From contig LBVU01000004.1 in NCBI GenBank assembly GCA_000993205.1, positions 208,030 through 272,029 on the forward strand: 64,000 nucleotides of DNA, in the 5' to 3' direction. Made by a program: the position numbers and the translations under genes. The stretch is from Candidatus Woesebacteria bacterium GW2011_GWB1_39_10. GTDB lineage: Bacteria; Patescibacteriota; Microgenomatia; UBA8517. Position 1 is the stretch's first letter; each line of letters begins with the position of its first letter. A model generated the notes under the pieces. It was given only the letters and a program-made list of their open reading frames with translations. It was not told the origin of the DNA and made no database searches. This document shows positions 10,560 through 20,531 of the stretch, one piece after another.

Positions 10560-11213
10560 CTATTTTTCTGCTTTAACCAAGTGCAACATTCCCAAAAGGA
10601 ATTTTTTATCCACTTTGATTTTGAAACCGGCCTTTTTAACTATTTTTGGTAAATAATTACCGCTATAAGTTTGAATGTGAGTTTCTTTCCAAATACCGCC
10701 ACGCGGGTAAAAATTCAACCATAAATACCAAACAAATCTGAAAAGAATACTATCGGAGGGAACCAGAAAAATTCCGTATCCGCCTTTTTTAAGAACTCTG
10801 CGGGCTTCCGTTAGCACTTCCAACGGATCAAATACATGCTCTAGCATTTCCAAGGCAAAAACCGCATCAAACGAATTGTTTTCAAAGGGAAGATTGTGGG
10901 CATCCGCAACTTTAAATTCCATCTTTCCATTTGACGTCCAATGTTTATTGGCCCAGTCTACAGTCTTTTTAACAACATCAATCCCAACGAGCCCCGAAGC
11001 TCCTGATGTATTTAATATAACCTTTGAAAAAGTCCCGTCGTTGCAACCTAAATCCAAGATCTTTCCTTCAACTTTTTCTGTAACTGCCGAAACTTCTTCA
11101 AACCGTCTCTTGTGCCAATATCTTTGAAGCAGGTCAACCTTTATTGATTGAAAATACCAATTAGCCGGCACGTTCCTGTGAAGCTCCTCTGCTGAGATTT
11201 TTTGCATTGTCAA
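10560..11213 (-). CDS. class I SAM-dependent methyltransferase
   Basis: ILDLGCNDGTFS (motif I) and FDAVFALEMLEHV (motif II/post-I). Confidence 0.65.
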   Translation of the reverse strand: MTMQKISAEELHRNVPANWYFQSIKVDLLQRYWHKRRFEEVSAVTEKVEGKILDLGCNDGTFSKVILNTSGASGLVGIDVVKKTVDWANKHWTSNGKMEFKVADAHNLPFENNSFDAVFALEMLEHVFDPLEVLTEARRVLKKGGYGIFLVPSDSILFRFVWYLWLNFYPRGGIWKETHIQTYSGNYLPKIVKKAGFKIKVDKKFLLGMLHLVKAEK

Positions 11214-12268
11214 AGTATAGATGAAATTATTTCCTTTTCAAACCGTTCAAACGAAAAAGCACTTGAATCTCTTTTGGCTTTTTTTGAAACGGATGAATAT
11301 ACGCTCCTGTCTTTAAGGATATGATTTGTAATTTTTATAAGTTGGTCAGTTGATTCCCATAAAAATCCATTCACTCCATCTTTAATAATCTCCTTATGTC
11401 CTCCGGCATTAAAAACAACAGGTATTGCACCCGCCGACATTGCCTCAACTACTGTTATTCCAAAATGTTCAACTTTTTCAGGATTTTTTTCATTATCCTC
11501 ACCAAAACCGGATGCAGACCAAAAAATTCTTGCTTTTCCGTATAGGTTTTTTAGTATTGAAAAGTCAGGGCTTCTAATTATTTCAATCAAATATCTTTCC
11601 GACATTTTTTCCAAATTTTTTAAATAATCTGCATCCACTATCTCAGTCCCACCTGCAAGAATCAATTTCCAATCCTTTAAGCCATTGTCTACGAGTTTTT
11701 TGAAAACTTCTATCAAAACATTCTGATTCTTGTTTTGCTTCAACTGAGAAAATCTACCGACAAACAAAATTAAATTTTCTTTTCTCTTGGATATAATGCG
11801 ATCGACGTCAACCGGAGGATAGACAACCACACTTTCGGTTCCGTATTCTTTATCTATAATTTTCTTTGTAAACTTGGAGTTACAAATAATTTTTTCGATA
11901 CGAAATAATTTCATTTTATTAAGAAGATTGTTTCCCCCAATATTATGAAATGGCACTTGAAAATGGAGAAGGTTTTTTCTGGATCTTAACGTAGGAATAC
12001 TGCCATCGGACACCCAAAAACACAAATCGTATCCGTCTCCCTTTTTTATATCTTTTACCACTTCCAATCCTTTAAGGTTTATTCCAAACCTGTCTTGCAT
12101 TGAAGTTATTATTGAAGGATGGTTCCACTCAATATCCACCTTCCAACCGGAGTTCAAAAGAACTTTTGCAAAAGAAACTGTGTATCTTTCACCACCACCT
12201 AAAGTGTCGAGATATGGATTATATATTGCTGCTCGCATATTTAGTTTTTTCTTAATTGCATCTCCCAA
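11210..12268 (-). CDS. glycosyltransferase family 4 (GT-B); true start probably the ATG at 12238
   Basis: The C-terminal GFGEDNEK..EHFGITVVEAMSAGAIPVV matches the EX7E motif of GT4. The N-terminus has LGGGERYT. Confidence 0.7.
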   Translation of the reverse strand: MGDAIKKKLNMRAAIYNPYLDTLGGGERYTVSFAKVLLNSGWKVDIEWNHPSIITSMQDRFGINLKGLEVVKDIKKGDGYDLCFWVSDGSIPTLRSRKNLLHFQVPFHNIGGNNLLNKMKLFRIEKIICNSKFTKKIIDKEYGTESVVVYPPVDVDRIISKRKENLILFVGRFSQLKQNKNQNVLIEVFKKLVDNGLKDWKLILAGGTEIVDADYLKNLEKMSERYLIEIIRSPDFSILKNLYGKARIFWSASGFGEDNEKNPEKVEHFGITVVEAMSAGAIPVVFNAGGHKEIIKDGVNGFLWESTDQLIKITNHILKDRSVYSSVSKKAKRDSSAFSFERFEKEIISSIL

Positions 12269-12948
12269 AGTTTTGAGTATGAAATTAGCCTACTAAACAC
12301 CTGATACAATCCATAAATTACGCCCTCGGTTCCATCCAAAAAAGCGGCCTGAACAATCATTCTTAGCCAAAACTCCCTAAATCCCGCGCTAAAAAAACGC
12401 AACGCGTTCATTTTCGGATGACGAGCCTCAAACAGCAACTCCGCCTCGATTTCCGACCATTCATTAGTCTTATCTACCATTTCACCCAAACTTTTGTGTT
12501 TTACGTGAATTAAAGGTTCTTTTAGATGACATATTGTTCCAAGAACTTTTGGTTGTTCGTGCAATTTTCCAAACCACCCCTTAAGTTTATCCTTCCTTAT
12601 GAGACGCAAGACAAAATCAGGCCAAAGTCCGCAATGTTTCATTTCTTTTCCAAAAATAAAGTTACGTCTCGGAATCGCATATGCAGAAAATTCACTGGAG
12701 CCGACAACTTGTTGAATTATTTTTGCAAGACTTGGTGTAACCTGCTCATCCATGTCCACGTATATTAGCCAATCACTTTTTGCTTTTTTGGCTCCATAAT
12801 TCCTCCAATCAGAGAAACTGCCTTTTATTTTACTTGTGTCTACAATCACTTTTTCATCTGCAAATGAAATAGAATTTAAACATTTTTTATAAAGCGCTTC
12901 GTTTATTTTTCCACCTTTCAAAATTATCGCCGAAATTGAAGTTTTCAT
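12241..12948 (-). CDS. glycosyltransferase family 2-like (short)
   Basis: ISAIILKGGK followed by the DxD-like YVDMDEQ, and an operon position among other GTs. Confidence 0.5.
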   Translation of the reverse strand: MKTSISAIILKGGKINEALYKKCLNSISFADEKVIVDTSKIKGSFSDWRNYGAKKAKSDWLIYVDMDEQVTPSLAKIIQQVVGSSEFSAYAIPRRNFIFGKEMKHCGLWPDFVLRLIRKDKLKGWFGKLHEQPKVLGTICHLKEPLIHVKHKSLGEMVDKTNEWSEIEAELLFEARHPKMNALRFFSAGFREFWLRMIVQAAFLDGTEGVIYGLYQVFSRLISYSKLWEMQLRKN

Positions 12949-13886
12949 TTTTTACGTTTTAACCATCTTCCCGATTTCCATCTGCCCAAATAGAAATCAA
13001 TAACACCTTTTTTTTGCCATTCTCTCCCCGTAAAGAGTAAACGAACACTATCCCTAAACAGCGCAAATTTTGTCCTGAGACCCGAATATCTTAAACCAAA
13101 AATTAACCGATTTCGGATAATGAAATAGTCGTTTGACGGACTCCCGCTTTTACCTGTACTAACCGACACCATATGCCAAAGATGAGTTTCCGGGGTGTAC
13201 ATCACTCTAAACCCTGCCCGCCTGGCTTTCTCAGAATAGTCGGCGTCTTCCCAATACAAGAAAAACGTTTCGTCAATCAATCCGATTTTTTTAATTAAGT
13301 CCCTGGTAATCAAAAAGCACGCCCCGTTTACATAATCTGTATCATAAATTTCATCATATTGACCATTATCGACTTCATCTACTCCACGATGTTCGGAATA
13401 AACGTTATTCCTATCAATGACCCCTCCTGCATACCAAATTACCTTACCCAATTCCGACTCCTTATACCTGTCCTTATGAAATTCAAAACCCTTAGCAAAA
13501 TACATTTTAGGGGCAACAAGACCTATTTTATTATCTGATTCTGCAAGTTTTACTAGCTTGATCAAAATGTCTTTGGCAAGAATCAGGTCATTATTCATTG
13601 AAATTACGTAGTCCGCACCACGCTCAATCGCGTCTTTTATTCCGATATTGTTTCCGCCGGCAAAACCCAGGTTTGAACCGGTCTCGATAAATTTATATTG
13701 CATATTTGGAAGTTCAAATTTGGAAAGCTCATCTATTGTTGCGTCTGTTGAACCGTTGTCCACAACAATCATTTCCACATTAAGACCTGTTACATCAAGT
13801 TTGGCGACCCCTGCGAGTTGATTTTTAGTCATCTTACATTGGTTCCAAGTCAGGATTACTATCGAAACTTTGAGTTTAGTTGCCAT
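12945..13886 (-). CDS. glycosyltransferase family 2
   Basis: VSIVILTWNQCKMT..VVDNGSTDAT..MNNDLIL. Confidence 0.7.
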   Translation of the reverse strand: MATKLKVSIVILTWNQCKMTKNQLAGVAKLDVTGLNVEMIVVDNGSTDATIDELSKFELPNMQYKFIETGSNLGFAGGNNIGIKDAIERGADYVISMNNDLILAKDILIKLVKLAESDNKIGLVAPKMYFAKGFEFHKDRYKESELGKVIWYAGGVIDRNNVYSEHRGVDEVDNGQYDEIYDTDYVNGACFLITRDLIKKIGLIDETFFLYWEDADYSEKARRAGFRVMYTPETHLWHMVSVSTGKSGSPSNDYFIIRNRLIFGLRYSGLRTKFALFRDSVRLLFTGREWQKKGVIDFYLGRWKSGRWLKRKK

Positions 13887-13887
13887 T

Positions 13888-14787
13888 TTAAATCTTAAAT
13901 TTTCTTCGAATACGATCGGCCAACTTTCCTGATTCTTTAAATTGAGAGTCCCCTTGCCAATAATGAAGTTCCTTTTCTTCGTCGCGCATTAACAAGTTAA
14001 CCTCACTAATAGTCAAATCTTTTTCCGCGAATTTTTCCTTTTGCCAAATTTTAAGGTACATCACCAATTCGGAGAAAGCTTGAAGAAAAGAAAGTGCCAA
14101 TCCATGCAATCCATCCTTATACCCCTCTCCGAAAAAATATCTGCTGAAAAACTCGTTTGAGGGTTTTGTAATTACATCTTTCCAGGAGAACTCATAACCC
14201 TCATTTATTCTAAGGAGTGCATGTTGAGAAGTGTACCTATTCATCCTCTCAATATATTGTTCAACCGTATCGTAATTGTGGTGGACTATTGCAAGTTCTT
14301 CCTCAGATTCGAGTTCTGCACCAATTCCTTGTGTCATAGGGACAGCGTGAATGACTTCGTTCCAGGAAACAGACCCTTTTTTGAAAAGTCGGATGTTATA
14401 GTCCGGCCACCACCTTGAATGTTTCAGCCATTTGCCGAAAATAATATTTTTACGTGGAATTCTGTAATAATCAGCCTTTGGATTTTTTAATATTTTTTGA
14501 ATCTGCAAGGACAGTCCTTGAGTAACTTCCTCATCTGCATCTAAAACTAAAATCCATGGATTTGATGCTTTTGAAATGGCGAAGTTCCTGCCAGGCTCAA
14601 CATAGCCCATTTTTTTATGAAAAAATACTTTTGCACCCAATTTTTTTGATACTTCGACAGTTTTGTCCGTGGACTCCATATCAACAACTACAATTTCATC
14701 CGCAAACCCATTGATTGAAGCGATTGCACGAGGGAGATTTTCCTCCTCGTTTAGTGTATTAATTACTACCGAAATCTTGGAAGCCAT
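13888..14787 (-). CDS. glycosyltransferase family 2
   Basis: ISVVINTLNEEENLPRAI..VVVDMESTDKT..LDADEE. Confidence 0.7.
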   Translation of the reverse strand: MASKISVVINTLNEEENLPRAIASINGFADEIVVVDMESTDKTVEVSKKLGAKVFFHKKMGYVEPGRNFAISKASNPWILVLDADEEVTQGLSLQIQKILKNPKADYYRIPRKNIIFGKWLKHSRWWPDYNIRLFKKGSVSWNEVIHAVPMTQGIGAELESEEELAIVHHNYDTVEQYIERMNRYTSQHALLRINEGYEFSWKDVITKPSNEFFSRYFFGEGYKDGLHGLALSFLQAFSELVMYLKIWQKEKFAEKDLTISEVNLLMRDEEKELHYWQGDSQFKESGKLADRIRRKFKI

Positions 14788-14867
14788 GGCTAAATTTTAC
14801 CCCCACACCACACACAACTCAAGCATTGCTTTATTTTTGACAGAAATTGGTGTAGGGGTGAACCACT

Positions 14868-16349
14868 TTATCTGTTAAAAATCGTCTTAAAGCTCTTTTT
14901 GGCATCTTCAATAAGAGATAGCCCCATCATTGAAATCATGGAGGTTGCATAGATCGCCATTCCCGTAACTATCAAAATTTCCATGGAAACCAGACTCGTT
15001 GGTAAAAATCCTCGCAACATCAATAGGACAGCTCCCATAACAACTGCTCCTACTGCGGGCTTAATCATTGAGTCTGTTATTGAAAAATTAATGTATTTCT
15101 TAGTGATAAAAATTGCGACGACGGAGGATGCCCCTACCAATGAATAACCGATAGCAGCCCCGACAACATCAAATTTTATCGCAAGAACGGGTACAAGGGC
15201 CCAGGTAAGGGCTGTCCACATAACCATTAAATAGAATGTAATCTTGATTTTACCAATGGCATTTAACAAATTTGTAAGCTGCGTTGTCGCTGCTGCAAAT
15301 ACAAAATTAATCGATATAAAAATAATGGGAACAAGCGCCGGAATCCATTGACTATATCTGGGGATCACACGAACCAATATTGGCGCCAGAATTGAAATTC
15401 CGACAAGGCTAGGAAACACTAAGAAACAAATAAAAAAAACGGACCGCGTAACACTTCGTTCAAGATCAGCCTTTGCATCCTGCATACGCGAAAATGCGGG
15501 AAAGGTGACCCTGGTTACCGTATCCATAAAAAATGTCAGGGGAAGCCGGGAAATTTTTTGAGCAAAAGACAGAATTCCTACACCTGCCGGTCCAAGTATT
15601 CCACCCAGAACCAATGTCATTCCGTCATCCTTAAAGGTGGCCAGAAAAGTGTTGATTTGATAAGGAATTCCAAATTTAAAAAGCCCACTTAATGTCTTCC
15701 TTGAAAAAGCTACGCCCGGAATCCATGGCTGAAGTGTATAAATTGCAATAACACCGATAACTCCGCGTAAAAGTATCGCATATGTAAAACTCATGAGTCC
15801 AAACCCTTTCATTGCCAATAAAACCAATACAACGTTATAAACAACTTGTTCCAAAATTTGGGGAAATACAAGTTTTACAAATTCAAGTTTCCGTTCCAAA
15901 AGTACCGACGGAATGCTTTTCAGAGACGAAAAAAGAAGAGATACGCTTAATGCATACAAAAGGATTCGTCCATCCCAGTTAAGCGAATATTTCTGAACAA
16001 AAAAAGGTGCTAACAAAAAGACGGCTATAATAATCGAAAGTACAAGCAATTGTTGAACAAAAAATGTTGTCTTTAAATCAGAATCTGTGGGTTTGTCCTT
16101 TTTTTGAATAAGGGCTGCAGCCAAACCAATATCTGAAAAATAGACAAGAAAATTTATTATTGCGCTGACTATTGCGAAAACTCCAAATTCGTATTTACCT
16201 AAATACGCAAACAGAAACAATTGGGCAACAAGCCCTATTATCTGAAGCAGGAATGTTCTCCCGGTCAAAACAACAATACCCCGTACGGAACGCTCTTTGA
16301 CGGTTTCCAAAGAGATTTCAGTAGTTGGATCTAAATGTTCACCTTCCAT
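14868..16349 (-). CDS. Wzx-like oligosaccharide flippase (MOP superfamily polysaccharide biosynthesis protein)
   Basis: 493 aa with 12-14 TM helices, located within the glycosyltransferase operon. Confidence 0.6.
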   Translation of the reverse strand: MEGEHLDPTTEISLETVKERSVRGIVVLTGRTFLLQIIGLVAQLFLFAYLGKYEFGVFAIVSAIINFLVYFSDIGLAAALIQKKDKPTDSDLKTTFFVQQLLVLSIIIAVFLLAPFFVQKYSLNWDGRILLYALSVSLLFSSLKSIPSVLLERKLEFVKLVFPQILEQVVYNVVLVLLAMKGFGLMSFTYAILLRGVIGVIAIYTLQPWIPGVAFSRKTLSGLFKFGIPYQINTFLATFKDDGMTLVLGGILGPAGVGILSFAQKISRLPLTFFMDTVTRVTFPAFSRMQDAKADLERSVTRSVFFICFLVFPSLVGISILAPILVRVIPRYSQWIPALVPIIFISINFVFAAATTQLTNLLNAIGKIKITFYLMVMWTALTWALVPVLAIKFDVVGAAIGYSLVGASSVVAIFITKKYINFSITDSMIKPAVGAVVMGAVLLMLRGFLPTSLVSMEILIVTGMAIYATSMISMMGLSLIEDAKKSFKTIFNR

Positions 16350-17887
16350 TATTTCAGTTCAAATAAATAAAGCGCGTCTTGCGGTCCATTATGTAAAAAT
16401 TCAGTTGTACCAGGAACACGCGGCTCTTTGGGAAACTCCTGAATGAGTTTGATGTTCAACTTTGAAGGATCGACAATGAGTCTTGATTTATTAACTATTA
16501 AATACGTCGGGTTCCCGGCTTTTTTGGCCTCAACTAGGGGTTGCGGAATTTTATTTATCGCGAGCCCTGTTCCTACAACTATGACATTCGACAAATCTTG
16601 AACATACATGGTAAAACCGTCGGGAAGTGTACCAAAATATCCTTCGGTACCTACTACAATTTGTTTATCCGGATTTAGACTGTGTATATTTCTTACATAG
16701 TCTGCCGATTCTTTTATTCCGATTCCCGATGTCCACTCCTGAAAATACCCGGACCTATCGCGCGCCGGGAAATTGGCTTTCTGAGGACTGACTACAAGAA
16801 AATAATCAAAAATACCGGCCTGGATTAGGAAAATAGCAAAAAAAATTGCTGTTAAATACCTCCACTTGTTATTTAATTTACTAAACGCCGAGGCGGCAAA
16901 TACATAAAGCGGTGGAATTAAAAAAAGAATATATCTTAAAGTAAAACTTTTTGAAAACTCTGCTTCGTAAATGAGAGGCGTTATAAACCAAACGCCCAAT
17001 ATTAAAATATATTTTGTTTGTTTTTTGAAATTAGTTGCGATACCAACAAAAGCCAATAAAAGAAGGCCAACCGGCCCCATCGCAATTAGCCAACTAAGAG
17101 TCGTTGGTAAATTATATCGAATGGGGTCTGTCGGATACACAAATATTCTTGATAACGGAAAAATATAATCCGAAGTGCGCGAGGAAAGCATGCCAAAATT
17201 TGGTCCCAGTCGCTGAATATTATACATTCCTAAAGCGATAACATAGGCAACACCCAAAAGACCTGCGTATTTAAAAATATCCTTCGGTTTTTTGAGAAGA
17301 ATTACACATACAGGAATGAGTGCGGCAAAAAATAAGGCAGGAGATTTTGTAAGTCCCGCAAAACCCAAGACAAATCCTAAAATCATCGCCATATCAAGCC
17401 TCAAAGTGTCTGCAACAACCAAGCTTAGATAAAGCGTCCATATCCCAAAACATGTTAGCATTGCATCAACCAGGGCCATTCTGTCAAAAAAAAGAGATAC
17501 CGGAGAAACCGCCCAGAGAATCGAAGCGAAAAGCGCAGCCTTCTTTGACTTAAAAATATAATAAGTCAGTAAAAAAAGGCCAATCATGCTTCCAACTCCC
17601 GAGACGGCTGAAAGCAGTCTCCCGGCAAAAAGAGGGTCCGTCATTTTCTTGACGAAGAACATCAAAATCCACATAAAAAGAGGTTGCTTGCCGTCTGAGA
17701 GGGGCAAAAACCTCAAAGTCGGCTCAGAGGCCATAATTTGACTCCAGCGGATATAAATGGCCTCATCCGCAAAAACGGGGATAATTGTCAGGTGGAAAAT
17801 ACGAAGCACAAAACCAAAACCCAGAATGATAATACCAGCCACAATAACCCATTTCCAATCTTTCAGAAACTTTTTCATTCCCTTCAA
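16349..17887 (-). CDS. ArnT/PMT-type (GT39/GT83-like) GT-C membrane glycosyltransferase
   Basis: 512 aa with N-terminal TM helices. The DE motif FADEAIYIRW sits in the first loop, as in the PMT_2 family. There is a C-terminal soluble domain. Confidence 0.6.
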   Translation of the reverse strand: MKGMKKFLKDWKWVIVAGIIILGFGFVLRIFHLTIIPVFADEAIYIRWSQIMASEPTLRFLPLSDGKQPLFMWILMFFVKKMTDPLFAGRLLSAVSGVGSMIGLFLLTYYIFKSKKAALFASILWAVSPVSLFFDRMALVDAMLTCFGIWTLYLSLVVADTLRLDMAMILGFVLGFAGLTKSPALFFAALIPVCVILLKKPKDIFKYAGLLGVAYVIALGMYNIQRLGPNFGMLSSRTSDYIFPLSRIFVYPTDPIRYNLPTTLSWLIAMGPVGLLLLAFVGIATNFKKQTKYILILGVWFITPLIYEAEFSKSFTLRYILFLIPPLYVFAASAFSKLNNKWRYLTAIFFAIFLIQAGIFDYFLVVSPQKANFPARDRSGYFQEWTSGIGIKESADYVRNIHSLNPDKQIVVGTEGYFGTLPDGFTMYVQDLSNVIVVGTGLAINKIPQPLVEAKKAGNPTYLIVNKSRLIVDPSKLNIKLIQEFPKEPRVPGTTEFLHNGPQDALYLFELK

Positions 17888-17928
17888 TTCTAATTCAGTA
17901 TCACAACAGAAGCAATTATACCTTCCAT

Positions 17929-17961
17929 CATTGTTCTAATGTTCTAGAACAATAGAACATG
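17929..17961. promoter_or_regulatory. candidate operator: clustered TGTTCTA/TAGAACA half-sites around the perfect palindrome TGTTCTAGAACA
   Basis: Sequence CATTGTTCTAATGTTCTAGAACAATAGAACATG lies in the 108-bp gap upstream of the 16349..17887 operon. Confidence 0.4.
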
Positions 17962-17995
17962 ATGAAAAGAGAAAAAATTAAATTAGTTGGCCACT

Positions 17996-18460
17996 TTAAC
18001 GAACCAACTCAAAACGACCCGTGCTTCCGTAATACGGAGTGGTTATCTCGCGGAGGTCCCGATAACCACTTGAACCAACATCGTTAAAATTTTTCCAAAT
18101 TCCACCGCCTACGTCAAAAATATAAACACTTGCCCTTAAACAAATCCTTTTGTCTCTAGTCGGAATAGTTAGATATCCGGTCTCACCGGCATCATCCGCC
18201 CTTCCCATCTTATAAAATATAACTTCAGGCTTTATTTTATCGATAATTTGTTTAACTAAATCAGTGTCCCCCAGACCTTTCGGTGATATATCAACAACCA
18301 GTCTGGGAAAACCCTTCTTTTCATCGATCTCTACCCATTTGTTATCCGACTGTTCAATCCCGTATTCAGTTAAAATTTCTCGAAGATTTGTTTCGAACCC
18401 AGGAGAACTTATTTCTTTTTCAAATCTAACAATTATTCCTCTGTCTTTATTTTCGGTCAT
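17996..18460 (-). CDS. hypothetical protein (ORF track extends to 18571; likely start is MTENKD at 18460)
   Basis: Open frame with no recognisable domain. Confidence 0.3.
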   Translation of the reverse strand: MTENKDRGIIVRFEKEISSPGFETNLREILTEYGIEQSDNKWVEIDEKKGFPRLVVDISPKGLGDTDLVKQIIDKIKPEVIFYKMGRADDAGETGYLTIPTRDKRICLRASVYIFDVGGGIWKNFNDVGSSGYRDLREITTPYYGSTGRFELVR

Positions 18461-18549
18461 TGATCTGACTATAACACAGACGATACTTCTGCATTTCATA
18501 AAAGTTATATATAGAAGAATTTGTCCGTCACACGATATACAATAATATT

Positions 18550-19746
18550 GTGCTAAAGAGAAATATAACAATCGCCTATATTTTGGCTTTTTCTAAAAAT
18601 ACTTGGTTTTGGTTGGGAATCTGGATTTTTTACTATCTTCGTTTTACAGATTATGCGGGGATTGGAATAATAGAAACTATTCTTATTCTTACAATGACAC
18701 TGGCGGAAATTCCGACCGGCGCGGTTGCCGATTTGTTTGGCAAAAAGAAGACATTAATTCTTGCCTTCACGTTGGAAACTATTGGCGCCTTCATGATGGC
18801 TACCGCCCCAAACTTTCAAATGTTGGCCTTGTCTGTCTTTGTTATGTGTGTTGGGGGGACATTTTATTCTGGTACAATTGATGCCTTGATATTTGACACT
18901 CTAAAGGAAAGTGGTGAGGAAAGATCCTATGATACAAAAATCTCGAACACAAACACTCTTTCACTTATTGCTCCGGCAATTTGCAGTATTCTTGGAGGAT
19001 TCATGTACAAGGTCAACCCTACCTTTCCATTTTACGGTAATGCATTTGGATATATGGTAGGGCTTATTGCTTCGTTTTTCCTAATTGAACCGCACATCGA
19101 TACCACCAAGTTCTCCTTTAGAAATTTTGTTAATCAAACGGGGCAAGGATTAAAGGAACTTTTTAAAAATCTTGATATCAAAAAACAGACGATACTTCTT
19201 CTATCGATAGGTTTTATTGTAGTAATAGCCTCCGAAATGTTGGATAGCTTTTTAGGATTTGAGTTTGGTTTTAGCGCGGAACAGTTGGGGATTTTATGGT
19301 CCGTCATATTTATTATTTCCGCCTTGGCTTCACAGTTGACGCCGTTTATAAATAGATTGTTTAAGGGAAACCTGTCAATTTTATTTGTCGGAGTATTAAT
19401 GGTCGTAACATTTTTCTTTTCACCCTGGATAGGACTTGTCTTTGGAGGATTATCCTTAGTGTTCCGTTCTTCACTCGAAGCAATATTCGACAACCTTGCG
19501 TCGATTACTGTAAATCAAAACACAGAATCTAAATACCGCGCCACAACTATTTCCACCTTTAACATGATTAAAAACATCCCCTACGTTCTGAGTGCTTATT
19601 TTATAGGTTCACTTTCAGATAAAATTTCTGCCAAGACAACCGCAATGTATTTGGGGATTCTTCTGCTTGGGTTCATTCTTGCACAATCAATATTCTCCCG
19701 AAAAACTTTAAAAGACAACCAGACCACAAATAAGTACGGATGTTGA
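18550..19746 (+). CDS. MFS-type transporter
   Basis: 398 aa with about 12 TM helices. It is one of very few plus-strand genes. Confidence 0.55.
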   Translation: MLKRNITIAYILAFSKNTWFWLGIWIFYYLRFTDYAGIGIIETILILTMTLAEIPTGAVADLFGKKKTLILAFTLETIGAFMMATAPNFQMLALSVFVMCVGGTFYSGTIDALIFDTLKESGEERSYDTKISNTNTLSLIAPAICSILGGFMYKVNPTFPFYGNAFGYMVGLIASFFLIEPHIDTTKFSFRNFVNQTGQGLKELFKNLDIKKQTILLLSIGFIVVIASEMLDSFLGFEFGFSAEQLGILWSVIFIISALASQLTPFINRLFKGNLSILFVGVLMVVTFFFSPWIGLVFGGLSLVFRSSLEAIFDNLASITVNQNTESKYRATTISTFNMIKNIPYVLSAYFIGSLSDKISAKTTAMYLGILLLGFILAQSIFSRKTLKDNQTTNKYGC

Positions 19747-19766
19747 AAGCAAAAGGAGCATTATTA

Positions 19767-20525
19767 TCAGACTCCATATTTCCCCTGAAGTGCATTTAGA
19801 CGGACCATGAGAAGACCCCTGAAACCCTCGATGGAATCTTTAATAGGATCTACCTTTGTTCCTTCTTTGTGATGCCAATCAACGGGGACTTCCGCAATTT
19901 TATAACCAAGCTTGCGAGCAACATATAAAATTTCCAAATCAAAACCCGCTGTAACGGAGGCACCAACACTTTTGTTCTTCGAATCAAAAATTTTGAGACG
20001 ACTAAAAATCTCTTTTGCGGCATCTTTCGAAAAAGCCTTGAATCCGCATTGCGTATCTTTAAACGGAAGTCTCAAAATCATCAATATTAGGAACGAAAAA
20101 CCCCAAGCCATAACTTTTCGAATTAACGGGGCTCCTTCACGCCCTCTGCGGGAACCAATAACGACATTGTAGTCATTTTCAAACTTTGGCAAGACCTTGG
20201 TAATTTGATCTATAGGTGTAGCTTGGTCTGTATCTGTAAAAAGAATTATTTCTCCCTTAGATTTCAAAACTCCCGCTATAACCGTCCCGGCCTTGCCCCT
20301 ATGGGGTTCCTTAAGAACAAAAAAATTTTTACGCAACTGAGCAAACTCTTCCGCAATTTTTGCCGTATTGTCAGTCGAGCCATCATCAACGAATATAATC
20401 TCCCATGAATATTTTTGTCTAGTCAAATAATCGTAAACTGAATCGAGGACTCCAGTACGCAAATTGTATGCTTCATTAAAAGCAGGGATAACTACCGAGA
20501 GAAAAATTTTGTTCATATGAATCAT
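19767..20525 (-). CDS. polyprenol-phosphate glycosyltransferase (GT2, Dpm1/GtrB-like)
   Basis: SVVIPAFNEAYNL..IIFVDDGSTDNT..FTDTDQ. Confidence 0.7.
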   Translation of the reverse strand: MIHMNKIFLSVVIPAFNEAYNLRTGVLDSVYDYLTRQKYSWEIIFVDDGSTDNTAKIAEEFAQLRKNFFVLKEPHRGKAGTVIAGVLKSKGEIILFTDTDQATPIDQITKVLPKFENDYNVVIGSRRGREGAPLIRKVMAWGFSFLILMILRLPFKDTQCGFKAFSKDAAKEIFSRLKIFDSKNKSVGASVTAGFDLEILYVARKLGYKIAEVPVDWHHKEGTKVDPIKDSIEGFRGLLMVRLNALQGKYGV

Positions 20526-20531
20526 TGTATC

